DNA of 64,000 nucleotides from Bigelowiella natans CCMP2755 (GCA_000320545.1 ADNK01000862.1:124001-188000); one strand, 5' to 3'. Shown: positions 12,906 to 25,034, counted from the stretch's first letter. Translations and numbers: made by a program. Notes: generated from the letters alone by a model not told the origin.

Positions 12906-15353
12906 CCAAATGTTAAACGTGTAATTTTATTCGCTCTTCATTACCCAGCTACCCATCGAAATCTCGCGCTTATCATCGTCATCATCTTTGTTGTCTTCTC
13001 TTTTTTCATTTCTCGTAATCATCACATAGCTTGTTCCATGGGAGCCGCTTGGTCTCTCCCTGTGCTCTGAGGAGACGCGATTAAGTGACGATGATGGCGC
13101 TGATAAGAACGAGAGTAATGGCGATGGAATTAACGGGAGCCTTGAAGGAGGAAGAAGAAGAAGTCCTGTTATAATCGGTGTTAGTGGCTTTGGATTCGGC
13201 GGTACCAACTCGCACGTCCTTATCCAGCAGCCACCACAACGCAAGGTCATCAGTAGCAGTACCGAAACAAAGCAGCGGAGATGGCGCCTGCAGCAACGGC
13301 GGCAAGAGCATCGCGACGGTCCTCCTTTACCCTTCCTCTTCTGTCTCGCCTCTCACTCGTCGGATGCCCTCATGGCTACCGCCACTGGTCTACTAATGTA
13401 CGTAAACAGCCAGCTAGAAACCAGAAGAGGCGGAAAGGAAAACGATAGTTTGGTTGAGGAGTACGAGGAGGTTCCAGTATCAGCTCTCGCAGTCGCGAAG
13501 TCCCTGGCTCTCTTGCGGTCGCATTCACGGCGCCTGCGTCCTTTCCGCGCCACCTGCATCGCCTCGTCCCTCGACGATCTCGCACATAGTCTGGAGACTC
13601 TCATCGCAGCTACTGCTGCTGCGAATGGAAAGTGTGCCGTGAAGAGAAAGGCAGGGACAGGATCTGCAGCACTTGCTGCCAAAACGGCTGTCAGCAGCCC
13701 CGTTCAGGAGCGCGTGCTGCATTCTCGACCTCGCATCGTGTTTCTGTTCACAGGTCGTCTAGAGCTTAATGCCATGCTTACGATTAGAGTGTCGCTCTTA
13801 ACAACAACGACAATGATGATGTTGATGATGATGACGATAATGACTAGTGTAGAAGCTGATGATAATGCGTGATATTCGCTCTGCGTCCATCTATCCAACA
13901 TCAGGCCAAGGTTCCCAGTATGCTGGGATGGGGTCCTCCTTGTACCGACGGTCGTCAGTGTTCCGACACGAGTTTGACCTCATCGACAAAGCGCTCATGG
14001 AGACGCCTGGATGGCAAGGCTACCAAGGCGAGCGCAGCCTGGCAAATCTTCTCCACTTCTCCCCCCCCTCCAACACCAAAAGTGGCAACGAAGATAGCGA
14101 CGCTGCTGCTACTGCCGCGGAGATCATGTTCCAAGATGCATCTGTGCTGCAGCCGGTGATGTTTGCTCTTGAATACGCGCTTGCCTCTTGGTTCGTTGCG
14201 CACGGAATCAGGCCCCAGGCCACCCTGGGTCACAGCTTAGGTGAGATAGCGGCCTTTTGTGCTGCCGGGAGCCTCACGCTCCAAGACGCGTGCCTTCTAG
14301 CTGTGGGCCGTGGAAAGGCAATGAAATCTCTGGTAAGCGGCAATGACGGCCAAGGCCGTGGCGGGATGGTAGCCGTTCGTGCTTCGGAGAGCGATGTTAA
14401 AGAGGTGCTCAATGCAAGCGGATTTTCTGGTCTTGTGATCGCCGCCGTGAATTCCCCCCTCGGAGTTGTCGTCTCTGGCGAAATAGCGCAGATAGAGCGC
14501 GCGGTCCGCGTGTTCAAACAGGAGAAGAAGTGGAAGGCCAAGCAGCTGGATGTGAGTGTCGCATTTTCCATCATCGTTCACCCTTTCGTAGCAGTGATGA
14601 AAGAGTGTGTAGCTCTGAAATGAGAGCTTAGCTGTAGATGATATTGATGATGAAGATGATGCCAAAAGAGAACAACAACACAACAGCAAAAGAAAAGTAG
14701 GACACGATCGTCATGCTCATACATTACTAATGGCGCTGATGCGAGTCCTCTGTCATTCTCAACTGTCCTTTTGAAACCTTTTTTCACACTCGAGTCTTCT
14801 CTGTTTTTGAACCGACACACCTTCTGCACCGTTGGCTGTGTACTTACATCTATGTAGGTATCAGCTGCCTTCCACTCGCCTCTGGTCTCCCCATGCCTGG
14901 CGTCTTTGCGGAAGGCTGCCGAGAAAGTGAAAATCCTCCCTCCCCATCACGGCATCCGCCTGCTATCTAGCGTGGATGGCAAGGAGGTAAAGGGAGGGGA
15001 GGATGCAGCAGAATACTTTGTGCGACAGGCAAGGAGTCCTGTGCGGTTCATGGAGGCACTGACTGCGAGCAAATGCAACGTGACGTTAGAGATTGGCCCC
15101 CAGCCACACCTCTCCGTCCATGCGGAGCCTGTGTTCGCCTCACATGGTGACGTGAAAAAGCAGGAAAAGAAGACCAAGACCAAGAATTCTAGGCAACGTG
15201 GCCGCATGTTTAATGTAATTCGCACTCTGCGCAAAGGAAAGGACGATATCAATCAGATCTTCCAGGTAATAGTCATGGGAGGGGGGGGGGAGCAGATTTG
15301 ATGTCATCCTCGTCGTCAGTCGATAGAACAAGTTACAAACAGCATATCTAACA

Positions 15354-15397
<44 letters not shown>

Positions 15398-16388
15398 ATC
15401 TTCTGTCGGCTAGGCCCTTGCATCACTCTATCGCTCTGGAGTCCCTTTGAACATGCGCGCGCTTTTCCTCCGATTGCAGCAGGAGGAGGAGGAGTACCAG
15501 CAGAGAGAGGAAGAGAAAGAGGAGGGGAAAGGACAACCGCAGCAGCAGCAGCAGCAGCAACGACAACGACAACAATATTTAGTGCGGCTGCCACCATCTG
15601 GACTTGCCCGGAAGAGGTACTGGATCGATCTTCCTGGAGTGCCCTCGCCACCACAACTCTTTCAACACAGCTACGAGGAAGAAGCAGCAGCCAAATGTGA
15701 CGGTACCGAGAGTGTGTTCCAGTGTACGTGGGAGGAGGATAAGGACCAGGAGAGATTTGCAGCTGTTGGTGGTGCTTCAGGCAAGAGCTGGGTAGCAGGA
15801 GCATCGTCATCAACGTCGTCATCAATCGTAGTAGTGACAGATAGAAAGCTAGGGCCATCATCTTACGAATCTACTCATCCAACAACCAAATCATCATCAT
15901 CACGATCACCATCTTCGTCGCTCTTCACAAGGACGCTGCTTAGTGCCTTGGACACGAAGGTTGTCATTGTCGTTGTCGTCATCGTCGTCTTCGTCGTCTT
16001 TGTCGTCGTTATCTTTGTCATCGTTGGTCGTCTACGCTTTCTTCTTTTTTCATTTTAAATTGGCAGCGGAACTAGTAGAGCAGTAGGTAGCAGCTATCAG
16101 AAGAAGCAGTAGAAGGAAAGGAATTAAAAGAAGAAGAAGAAACACGTACTGGTAAACTAGGAAAAAGTATGAACTCCCACGTAGCGATGTTGACCGGTAC
16201 GTTCGGGGATGATGGTGGCACTCCTACCATCTATTTGTTCTACCTGCAGTTATCATTTTTTGATTGATGTATTTAGTGGGTGGAGAATCGTCCCAGGAGC
16301 CTCGCAGCGGCAAACGAGCTGTTAGATCGCTGCTCTGTCGACGGGAAGCAACGAGGAGACACCATCGTCTACGTGCAGCATCAGCAGG

Positions 16389-16425
<37 letters not shown>

Positions 16426-18678
16426 GAAGAAGAAAGAGGTAGGCGAAGGCCTTGTCTCCTCAACATTTGGACCTCTATTCTTCCTACTAAAGGCTCTACA
16501 ATTGCGCCGCGAATCCTCGCGGCCAAAGCACCTCATCGTGGTTACGTTCGGTGCACACGCTACTCTCTTCGAGGAGCAGCGATCGCCATCGTCATTATCG
16601 CAATCGTCTTCCCCTTCGTTCTTCTCAACAATCTCCGGCTCGATTCTGCAGGGCTTGTGCCGATCCTCACGCATGGAGTTCAGGGGGAGTCTGAGCATCC
16701 GACTCATCGATCTTCCTGCATCAGCAACGACGCCAACAGCAGCGGTGTCGTCATCGGTGGCGATAAGAGCAGCAAATCGAGTTGCTACGGAGGTGTTTGA
16801 CGTGGTCCGTCTCGGTGGAACTGATGATGCTGCTGCTGGCATTCCTGACGTGGACGTGCTGTACCTTCCCGCAGTGCAGGAGGGGGGGGAGACGGCAGGT
16901 AGCAGCAGCACCAATGCCAGTGACAGCAATACCCATGGTAGAGAGATGGGTATGAGGCGCTTTGTGCGCCGTCTAGAGGCCGTGGGTCGTGCCCACGATT
17001 CTGCCATTCCTCGCCATCTTGGCCGCCGTTTCGATGCATCGCCATCATTGCCGTTTCCATTGTCTCCCTCTCCCCGTGGTCATGTGAATGATGGAGTTAA
17101 GCGCAGCACATACGCGATCACGGGCGGGACTGGAGCATTAGGCCTCGTGATGGCTTCATGGCTGCTAAGACGAGGAGCACGGCAAGTCTTGCTGCTCTCG
17201 CGATCTGGCAAGGTCCATGACTCCAACGCGCACCTCTACGCCGCTGCAGAAGCCCTCGTGAGGAAGCAGCAGCAAGAGGAGGAGGAGGAGGAGAGGGTGG
17301 ATCGGACGGAAATGAAGGACGCAAAGGAGGGCGGTGCCGTACCGCCAAGATCAACAACAATAGGAGGGCGGTTGAGTATAGTGAAGTGCGACGTGAGTGA
17401 TAGGAAGGAGGTGTTCCGATTCGTTCGGCGTGTGAGAGTCAACCTCGCAGGGGTCATCCACTGCGCTGGCGTGCTCGACGACGGGCTGCTCCAAAACCTG
17501 ACTATCGACCGAGCGCACAAGGTCCTGGTCCCTAAGGCCGTTGGCGCGCAATGGCTGCACGAAGCAGTGCTGAAGTATATCGAAGAAGCAAAAGAGGGGG
17601 GGGGGCATCGTCGTCAGCGGTTGAAGATGTTTATGCTATTCTCATCCGTGACGAGTTTGATGGGCAATGCTGGCCAGGCAAATTACGCCGCAGCCAATGC
17701 GTTCCTGGACGGTCTAGCACGACACAGAAGGAGGTTAGGACTGAGGGCTCTCAGCGTGCAATGGGGGCCCTGGGCAGACGTTGGGATGGCAGTCGCTACT
17801 GTGGTAGTAGTCATTACACTAGTAAAACTTGCAAAATATCAAGAAGAGCAAGTCAATACATATTCGTGAAAATATGAATCCCCCTCTCCTCCCCTCCCTT
17901 CCTCCCTACCTCCCTCCCTCCCTTGCGCTCTCCTCTCTGTGGACCCAAGTGTGGGTGTGCAAACAGCCGCAGAGTTGTCCAAACAAACTTCTTCATGGTC
18001 ATCATCATCAGCAGCAGCAGCAGCATTTTTCACTAATCAAACCCCGTATTTTTTTTGTCTTGGTTGTCCTTAGCTGGCCAATACGCGTAGCCAAAGCAAG
18101 TCGCTCTACGTGGCCATGACGCCTCCGCAGTGCCTTGCACCTCTTGACGGCCTCCTTCTTATGGAGAACGAAGACTTCGCAGCGGGAGGAGGAGGAGGAG
18201 GAGGAGGAGGAGGAGGGGGGGGGGGGGGGGAGGGGGAGGAGGAGGCGAAGGATAGCAGATTCTACGTCGATTACGCTGTTGTAGCAATCTGTAGATTCCA
18301 GCAGCAGCCCTACTCCTCCTCCCCCCTCCCTCGACTATTCAGCCGCATGCCTTACTATCGGTCCTTCCTCGCTCGCTCGCTGCCCTCTGCTGCTGCGACT
18401 GTGGAGATGGCAACAACACAGGCACAGCAACACCGTCGTCATCAGCACACTGCCACCACAACTAGATTGCTTCCTGTCGTGAATGAGAAGGAGGGGGCGA
18501 TCGAAGGGATGGAGAAGAAGGGTAACGTGGTAGTAAATGGAGGTGCTACGAGCCGCGATAACGTTGCACGAGAATGTATAGCAATTCTCGCGGAATTTGT
18601 CAGTGACGGGATTTCACTTTCCGAAGATACGGAGCTCATGGACCTGGGCATTGACTCCCTTGATTGGACCGAGGTCAT

Positions 18679-18720
<42 letters not shown>

Positions 18721-19365
18721 ACACCACCGTGTCATCGATATCCATAGCATGCGTGCGCGTCCTCATCATTCTCATTCTGCCTCCATATTTCTACCAACAC
18801 TACTCAGGTTTTGGGCCAGGTGAACCGTCGAATGCAAGTGCACGCAATGCCCACGTTGGTCCTAGAGATAACCGTTGTACGCGACCTTATCGAGTGGGTG
18901 GCGGGGCAGCATGTCCAAAATCACCAGAGCGTCTCCACTACTACGAAGAATGCTAAGAGCTATGATGACATTACGAGGCCGATGCAGATGGGACCTTCCC
19001 AGCTACTCGTCAAACAGTCCAATAATGGAGCATTCAGCAGCAACGTCGCTGCTACCACTACCACCACGTCGCCCTTTTCCTCTCCATCATCAGCCACTGT
19101 AATGAGAGGATTCGAGAGACTCTCTCCGATGTCTGCTCAAAGGAGGGAGGAGGAGACGAAGAGGAAGAGCATCAATCTCAAAGATATCACACTCGGTGTC
19201 ATCGATGTGGTAGTTTCTGGTGGCTTTGGGGAGCAAGCAGACATCGTAGACGTAAAGGAGGAGACAGACCTCAACGAGCTTGGGATCGATTCGCTGGACT
19301 TTGTTGAGTAATCCTCGCCCATCACCACACACACATAATATTGATATATACATGTATTATATATT

Positions 19366-19429
<64 letters not shown>

Positions 19430-21922
19430 GCTGGCATGCTATCTCGTTTAAAGTAACGTCAACGTCCTCTCTAGCATCATCACTATCAGCGCCATCATCA
19501 TTATCACCACCGTTGTTGATGCTGAGCATGAAAACTATGCAATGTATGCCCAGGCTGCTCCGAGCGGTGGGTACGCGATTTGGCGTGGACGCTCCTCCTA
19601 CGCTCGTTCTTGAGGTTCAGTCGGTCGGGCAGCTCGCAGCTTACGTGCATGGGCAGTTGACGGAAGGAGAGATAAGTGGTAGGGAGGACGACGAAGAGAT
19701 TGGAGAAGGGGACCGCCTCCACGAGTCCTCGCACAACAACTCTGCTTACGACTCAAAGGCGGCAACGTCAATGCATCAATCACTACTTGGTCGGGATGAT
19801 GGGAAGCAGCAGCCCCTGTCCTCTTTTTCCTCGAAGCCGGTTTCTCCTGAGCAGAGGAGAGCGCTGCAGCTCGAGCACGAGTTGAACGTAGTCATGATGC
19901 CCCAGGGTGTCACCCAGATGGCGGTCAATATTCTAGGCTCGCTCCTACGTCTGAGCGTGTATGCAGCAGGCTTTGTACCCATCGTCCTCATCGAGGAGAG
20001 AACGCACTTTTTCTCGGAAAGGTTTTCAGAATAATGATGATGGCGATGATGGTGGTGGTGATAATAACGATGATGGTGATGGTGATGATGATGATGATGA
20101 TGGTTGCTTGCTCTTGGGCGATACGAACACTAAAGGTATAAACCATATGCGACAGAGTTGTTAGGAGATCAGGAAAACGAAGAGAAAAACCTAACGATAT
20201 TGTCAATCTTCATTGATGTTAAAAATCTTCTTCTGCTACAGGTATAATAGGGTAGAGGCACGCTCTGCATTGGAGCTTGCCGTGTGGTTCAGCGGAATGC
20301 TAACGCTCTGGACAGCGTGCTCCATGATCGCGCTCATAATTTTCAAGTGGCTTATCGTGGGCAGATATCGAGAGGGGAACTTCCACAGGTACAGCTGACA
20401 AAAAGGAGCAGAGTATCGAGCATATTCTCTCGTTGCCGTCCTTACGGCGGTAGCAACCGTGTCGTAGTAGTCAAAGATTTGGAATGTTAAGAAATGTGAC
20501 GATAATGATGATGATTATTTATTTACTTAATTACTTACTTGCTAGGTGGTCATGGGAAGGTGCGAGATACGGGCTGTATGACCTTGTAGGGGGGCTGGAC
20601 GGGCCTATTGGCTGGGTCTTCAACTCGCTTCCAGACCCCATTCAGAGAACGTATGTTGAGCGACAACAAACAACAACAGCAAAAAAAAAAACAATAATGA
20701 GATCAAGAAGAAGAAGAAGAAGAAGAAGAAGAAGAAAGTGGGATCCAAAAGAGAATAACACTACGATGTCGCTAGTATATCGCCAACTATAGTTACATGC
20801 CATTATTCAACTCAACTCCTCCTTCCTCTCCTCCGTACTCCTCCCTCTCCTACTACTACCACTACTACTACTATCACTACTACTACTTCCGATTACAATC
20901 CCCTTTGCAACCCCCGCAGGTATTTTCGAGCGCTAGGGGCAACCATAGGCTCGGATGTGACGCTGCACGGGGAGATCACCACCGGTTATGACCTGATCAA
21001 AATAGGCAATGGAGCTGTCATCGAGTCCGGCTCATCGCTGAACCCAAGTAATTACTTAACTGAAATAAAATCTCATCGTTCGCCACCATCATCAATAGCA
21101 ATATCAGCATCAGCATCAGCACCAGCATCATCAACCTAACAGATGGTTTCCCCAACACCAGGCGTAACGGAGGACGGCGTTTTCGTGCAATACGCGCGCA
21201 TAACCGTGGGTGCGGAGAGCTTGGTAGCAATCCGATCAAGGGTCGGCCCAGGCGCGTGCCTCGGCCAACGCGCAATGCTCGCACCCTATGCCTTTGCCCA
21301 GGGCTACGTGCCACCACTCTGCGTTGTCACCGGGGAGAATTCCTACCTCAAGAAGCCCAATAGTCCTGGCTACAAACGCGTGCCTCAGAGCGCGCTTGCA
21401 TTCCCCAGAGGCGGTGTTACGATGTTCTGCCTGGAGGCGGTTGCGTTCATATACCTCGCCTTTTGTAGCGGACTGTGCATTATGTCCGGCTTCCTTGTGC
21501 GCGCCGCGGTTGCAAAGGCGATCTGGGAGGGCATTGACAAAGATGGCGAGGAAGACGGAGGGGGGGGGGTGATTAAGTGGGACTTCTGGTCTATCACGAT
21601 GGTTCTCACGATTGCACTTCTAGGAGCCATGCAGGCCTGTGTTTTCCCAGTCGCGCTCATCAACAAGTATCTCTTCACTGGCCGCGTCCGAGCGGGCCGA
21701 CGAGCACTCACGCAGCTTTTGTGCGTGCGCCACAAGGTTGCAGGCCGCTTGATCGCGCTCGGTGATATGATCTTGCTGGCCTACTTTGAATCGACACCTG
21801 TGCAAACCGTCTGGTAGTAGATTGAACATCAACTCGTTAACGCAAGCATGACTATAGTTTCTTCCTCAATATCTCATTGGCAATAATGACATCTATCACG
21901 CACGATTCCATCTGTCCACACA

Positions 21923-21976
<54 letters not shown>

Positions 21977-24036
21977 ATCTCCCCTAACTTAAGAAAAAGG
22001 AGCCTCCTGTCTCTGTATGCTTGAATGCACTGCTGTTCCAATAATATGATTACGATAAATGAAGGTACTGGCTCCTGGGTGCCAACTTAAAGATGTCGTC
22101 GATCGTGAGCTCGTGGGACGGCGTGCAAATCGCTCCGGATCTTCTTACCGTAGGCCGCGACGCATACATAGGCAACGCGCCCTATATCGGGTTTGTAACA
22201 GTGCACAAAGAGAGAATGGAGGTGAGCTTTGACCCTATCGTCGTAGAGGAGAAAGTCTTTGTTGGGCCGTTCTCCCATCTTGCCGCCGGCACGCATATCC
22301 AACGCACGGGCGCGGTCTCAGCGATGGCGATCCTCAAGCGTAACGAAAACGTTCGGAGCTTTACGACAAGGGTTGGCTATAGGGCAAGCGTATCATACCG
22401 GCCGGAGGGCATCTACGCCCCGATGACGCTCTATACGTTCATCCTTGTCTCTCTCAGCTCGCTTCACATGTGCATGGAACTAGGTGCCGTCGGGCTCCTC
22501 TTCGCAGCCGTAGAGTACGTGCTCTTCAACCCGGAGAAGCTAGGCCTGCCCAAGTACGGCGCCAGTAATAGTGTCGTGAGAAACCACGGCGAGTGGATCA
22601 TGATGATGACAGCTGTCGTCCTGGCGGTCCTTAGTGTGCTCTCCTTGCTCATCTCCATCGTGTATATTTTCATTGCTTTGGCTGTGAAATGGCTGACGAT
22701 GGGTCGCGTCGATCCCGAGCGCAAATACCCTTTGCGAGGCAGATACCACGCGATGTGGGTATTCAATCTCCACCTGATGTACCGGGTTAACGGCATCCTG
22801 GGCGCGCTCAAGGAGACTGGCATCGTGTCATACGTGTATCGATGGTATGGGGCACGTGTGGGTCGCAACGTGAGATTCTCCGGGCTCGGCTCTTTATTCC
22901 CAGAGGCTGATATCTACGACATCGGTGACGGCGCGTTCATTGGATGCGCCGCGTATGGGCATAACTTCCTGAGAGGGCACCTTCGATTTGAGCCCATCGA
23001 GATAGGGAAAGGCTGCAGGCTAGTGCGCTCCGGGACACAGGTCGTTCCTGGTGTTCGACTGACAGAAAATATCGATATCGGACCAGGCCTCAATCTTATC
23101 CTTCCTGGCCGTTATGACTCGCCTGGAATGAAGCTCATTGGCATCCCAGGCCGACCATGCGTACGCGAGCAAAGACGGCGCAAACAGCGCCCAGGAGGGG
23201 GAAATAGGGAGAGCGAGGATTTTGACAATATTAAAGAGATAAAGAGAGCCGATACCCTCTCTGGAGAGCAGAAAGGAACGAAAGAGAGTGCAATCCCCCG
23301 AGCCTGGGTACGTAAGGACTTTCTACAATCAGCTGCTAATCATGAACAAGGGGAGAACTTCATTAACACGAGTTTTAATCCGGAGCTTTACGACGACGCG
23401 CTGCTTCTTGGCGCTGCATCACCAGAGGCATCCTCTACCACTCTCTATTGGAGGAAGAAGAAAAAAGGACAGGGATTCTGGAACTCAATCCGATTTGGCA
23501 TCTTCAGCAACAATGAGGAGGAGGTGGTGGATAGCGGCAGTTACTATGCACTCAATGATGGGGGGGGAGCACAAAATGGTAAAGACACCACGATTCATAT
23601 CAAGCCCAAGAAGAATGACGGCCAAAATATCGTAAATAGCGGACGCAGTAGCAAGGATTACAGTTCACAACAAGATATAGTTGATGAGGTTGACTTCGGA
23701 GAAGAAGACATAGAATCCCTCTATAACGTTGTTACCTCCGGTAAGGGTAGCATAAATGGTAGTAGTGATGACAATCATGGCTATCTTGGTAGCAAGAGTT
23801 ACTCCATGAAGGGTCGCCACGCCTCCAATTTTTCCGTCCTCCACGAAGACGATAACAACGATGAGATGCAGGGTAAAGAGCCGAAGGAAACAAAAAATAA
23901 CGTCGGAGGTTTAGTCAGCTATTTCTGGCGGGGCGAAAGCAACAATAAGAATCGGAATAAAGCCATCAAACGCAAGATGAAGCTGGACCCGGACATGACT
24001 CGTGGACTTCTGGATAGCAGTACCACTGATAAATAG
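1568..24036 (+). CDS. Giant hybrid synthase: ThDP-like pseudo-domains, A, KR, ACP, ACP, KS, AT, KR, ACP, ACP, Pls-like transmembrane/beta-helix terminal region (about 5,600 aa, 28 exons)
   Basis: Manual exon model: 1568-1603, 1730-1922, 2031-2500, 2688-3808, 4033-4900, 5117-6761, 7009-7788, 7970-8416, 8701-8927, 9063-9310, 9512-9949, 10146-10552, 10747-11170, 11438-12516, 12633-12715, 13030-13753, 13905-14551, 14858-15265, 15414-15959, 16277-17791, 18074-18673, 18808-19307, 19554-20021, 20242-20388, 20546-20650, 20920-21047, 21162-21813, 22065-24036. All junctions are GT-AG and phase-matched (total 16878 nt, divisible by 3). Several junctions rebuild conserved motifs: LPMTG|SGKI, FTG|QGSQ, LD|VSAAFHS, ECAAG|IAGLIK, GIDSLDFVE|LL. 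Confidence 0.88.
4560..7040 (+). other. Adenylation domain, acyl-CoA synthetase type (ANL superfamily)
   Basis: Motifs YTSGTTGRPKG, APMFH, YGMTE, GEVQIRG, FKTGD, RAKDMILTGSENVY, and LPMTGSGKI with the catalytic Lys across an intron. Confidence 0.95.
7173..9700 (+). other. Ketoreductase 1 (structural plus catalytic subdomains), directly after the A domain
   Basis: Motifs IYRITW, VLGFTRVVAAEYP, YLVTGGLGGLG, HLAGVVGDG, FSSIYGLLGYRELSHYAAAN and VSWGTW. Confidence 0.92.
9850..10880 (+). other. Tandem carrier domains ACP1 and ACP2
   Basis: VAEIGLTSILVVEL...VPATLIYE and VAEIGLSSMGVVDL...VAPTLIYE. The phosphopantetheine Ser is present in non-canonical GLTS and GLSS motifs. Confidence 0.85.
11025..13230 (+). 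other. Type I PKS ketosynthase with intact Cys-His-His triad
   Basis: Motifs IAISGISCRLPG, MDPQQRLLLE, DTACSSSL, EAHGTGT.LGDPIE, KSNIGHLE and GVSGFGFGGTNSHV. Confidence 0.97.
13730..15440 (+). other. cis-acyltransferase, probably malonyl-CoA specific
   Basis: Motifs FTGQGSQY, GHSLGE, AAVNSP, VSAAFHS (xAFH type), PVRF and LEIGP. Confidence 0.92.
15710..18380 (+). other. Ketoreductase 2 (B-type LDD fingerprint)
   Basis: Motifs VFQCTW, GLCRSSRMEF, ITGGTGALG, HCAGVLDDG, GNAGQANYAAAN and QWGPW. No DH or ER motifs were seen between AT and KR. Confidence 0.93.
18550..19665 (+). other. Tandem carrier domains ACP3 and ACP4
   Basis: LMDLGIDSLDWTE|VLG...MPTLVLE and LNELGIDSLDFVE|LLR...PPTLVLE. Confidence 0.92.
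19900..23160 (+). other. Pls-type NRPS terminal region: three repeats of [TM pair + KW..GR motif + hexapeptide left-handed beta-helix]
   Basis: KWLIVGRYREGNFHRWSW, KYLFTGRVRAG and KWLTMGRVDPERKYPLRG each follow hydrophobic helices. They are followed by RALGATIG, WLLGANLK and RWYGARVG and by hexapeptide runs (IKIGNGAVI, LTVGRDAYI, YDIGDGAFI, IEIGKGC). Confidence 0.85.
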
Positions 24037-25034
24037 ATCTCTAATAGCCTTACCAATCAAGCTAAGCCGCTATGTTTTGTCGGTATATATTGTTTTGTCA
24101 GTCATGTATTGCGCACAGTCCGGTATCTACTTATACACAAACGAAATATGAGACGGATGTAATGATGTGATTGAATCTTTTCAATGGTCACCTACGTAGC
24201 TAGCTCCTTTTGATTCGCGTACGTATGCGTATCGTAGCAATATAAAGCTAGCATTTCTTACACACACATAGCTAGCTAGCTAGATAGGCATATATGAGAC
24301 GGATGTCATGAATGAAAATTAAATTACATTTTATAATTGGTCATCCTAGAGTAGCTATGATAATAGCAGATATGTAATTACTTGTGTCTATTATCATGGC
24401 AGCTGCGGCTACACGTAGATGGGCGTATGCTAGGAGCACAAAGCTTAACAAAACATTACATGCGTGCCAAAGCGCTGCGCTGTACGCGCCATACCTAGAT
24501 ATCTGCACCTTCCAGGCTATATGGCATTCTGCGTGGAGGAACTACATGCTATGCATGCACTTAATATTCCTTTCGTAGATTTGGCAAAGATCAATGAGTA
24601 ATGTAACTTCTTTCATATTTCATATTACGCTGAGAGTTGTGCAATAAATCAAGAGGTTTGAACCCTAATAGGAAACTATATGACCACATGTTCTTTAAAA
24701 AAAACAAGTATGAGGATATAGTAATCCCTGATTGGTCCTGTTTTGAAAGAGGCAATTCAAATTCCGCCAAGAATCGTCGTAAAACATGTCAATTGTTAGA
24801 GGTAATCTCTCTACCTTTGAACAAAAAAAGAATTAAATATGAAGTGCTACTTCATCTTGAATGTATAAAAAAGTTTTTTGCGACTCCCTCTTCGGGAGTG
24901 CGGCAAGGACGGATCTTCTCATTATTATAATCATCATTGTTGCTTAGTCATCATCAACACAATAGGCGGGTCAATTGTAGATGAGATGAAACTGGTTTGT
25001 TAAAATTGTAAAGCATCACTTTTCTGGCTGGCAT

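Noticed and set aside
4560-19665. BurA-like (gonyol/DMSP) hybrid synthase
   Set aside because: It shares an A-carrier-KS-AT-KR core, but no thioesterase domain was seen, and it has an extra KR plus ThDP-like and Pls-like ends. The substrate cannot be transferred by analogy.
1568-24036. Reading the fragmented PKS ORFs as a frameshifted pseudogene or a multi-gene operon
   Set aside because: Every break is bridged by a phase-compatible GT-AG intron, and splicing restores catalytic motifs.
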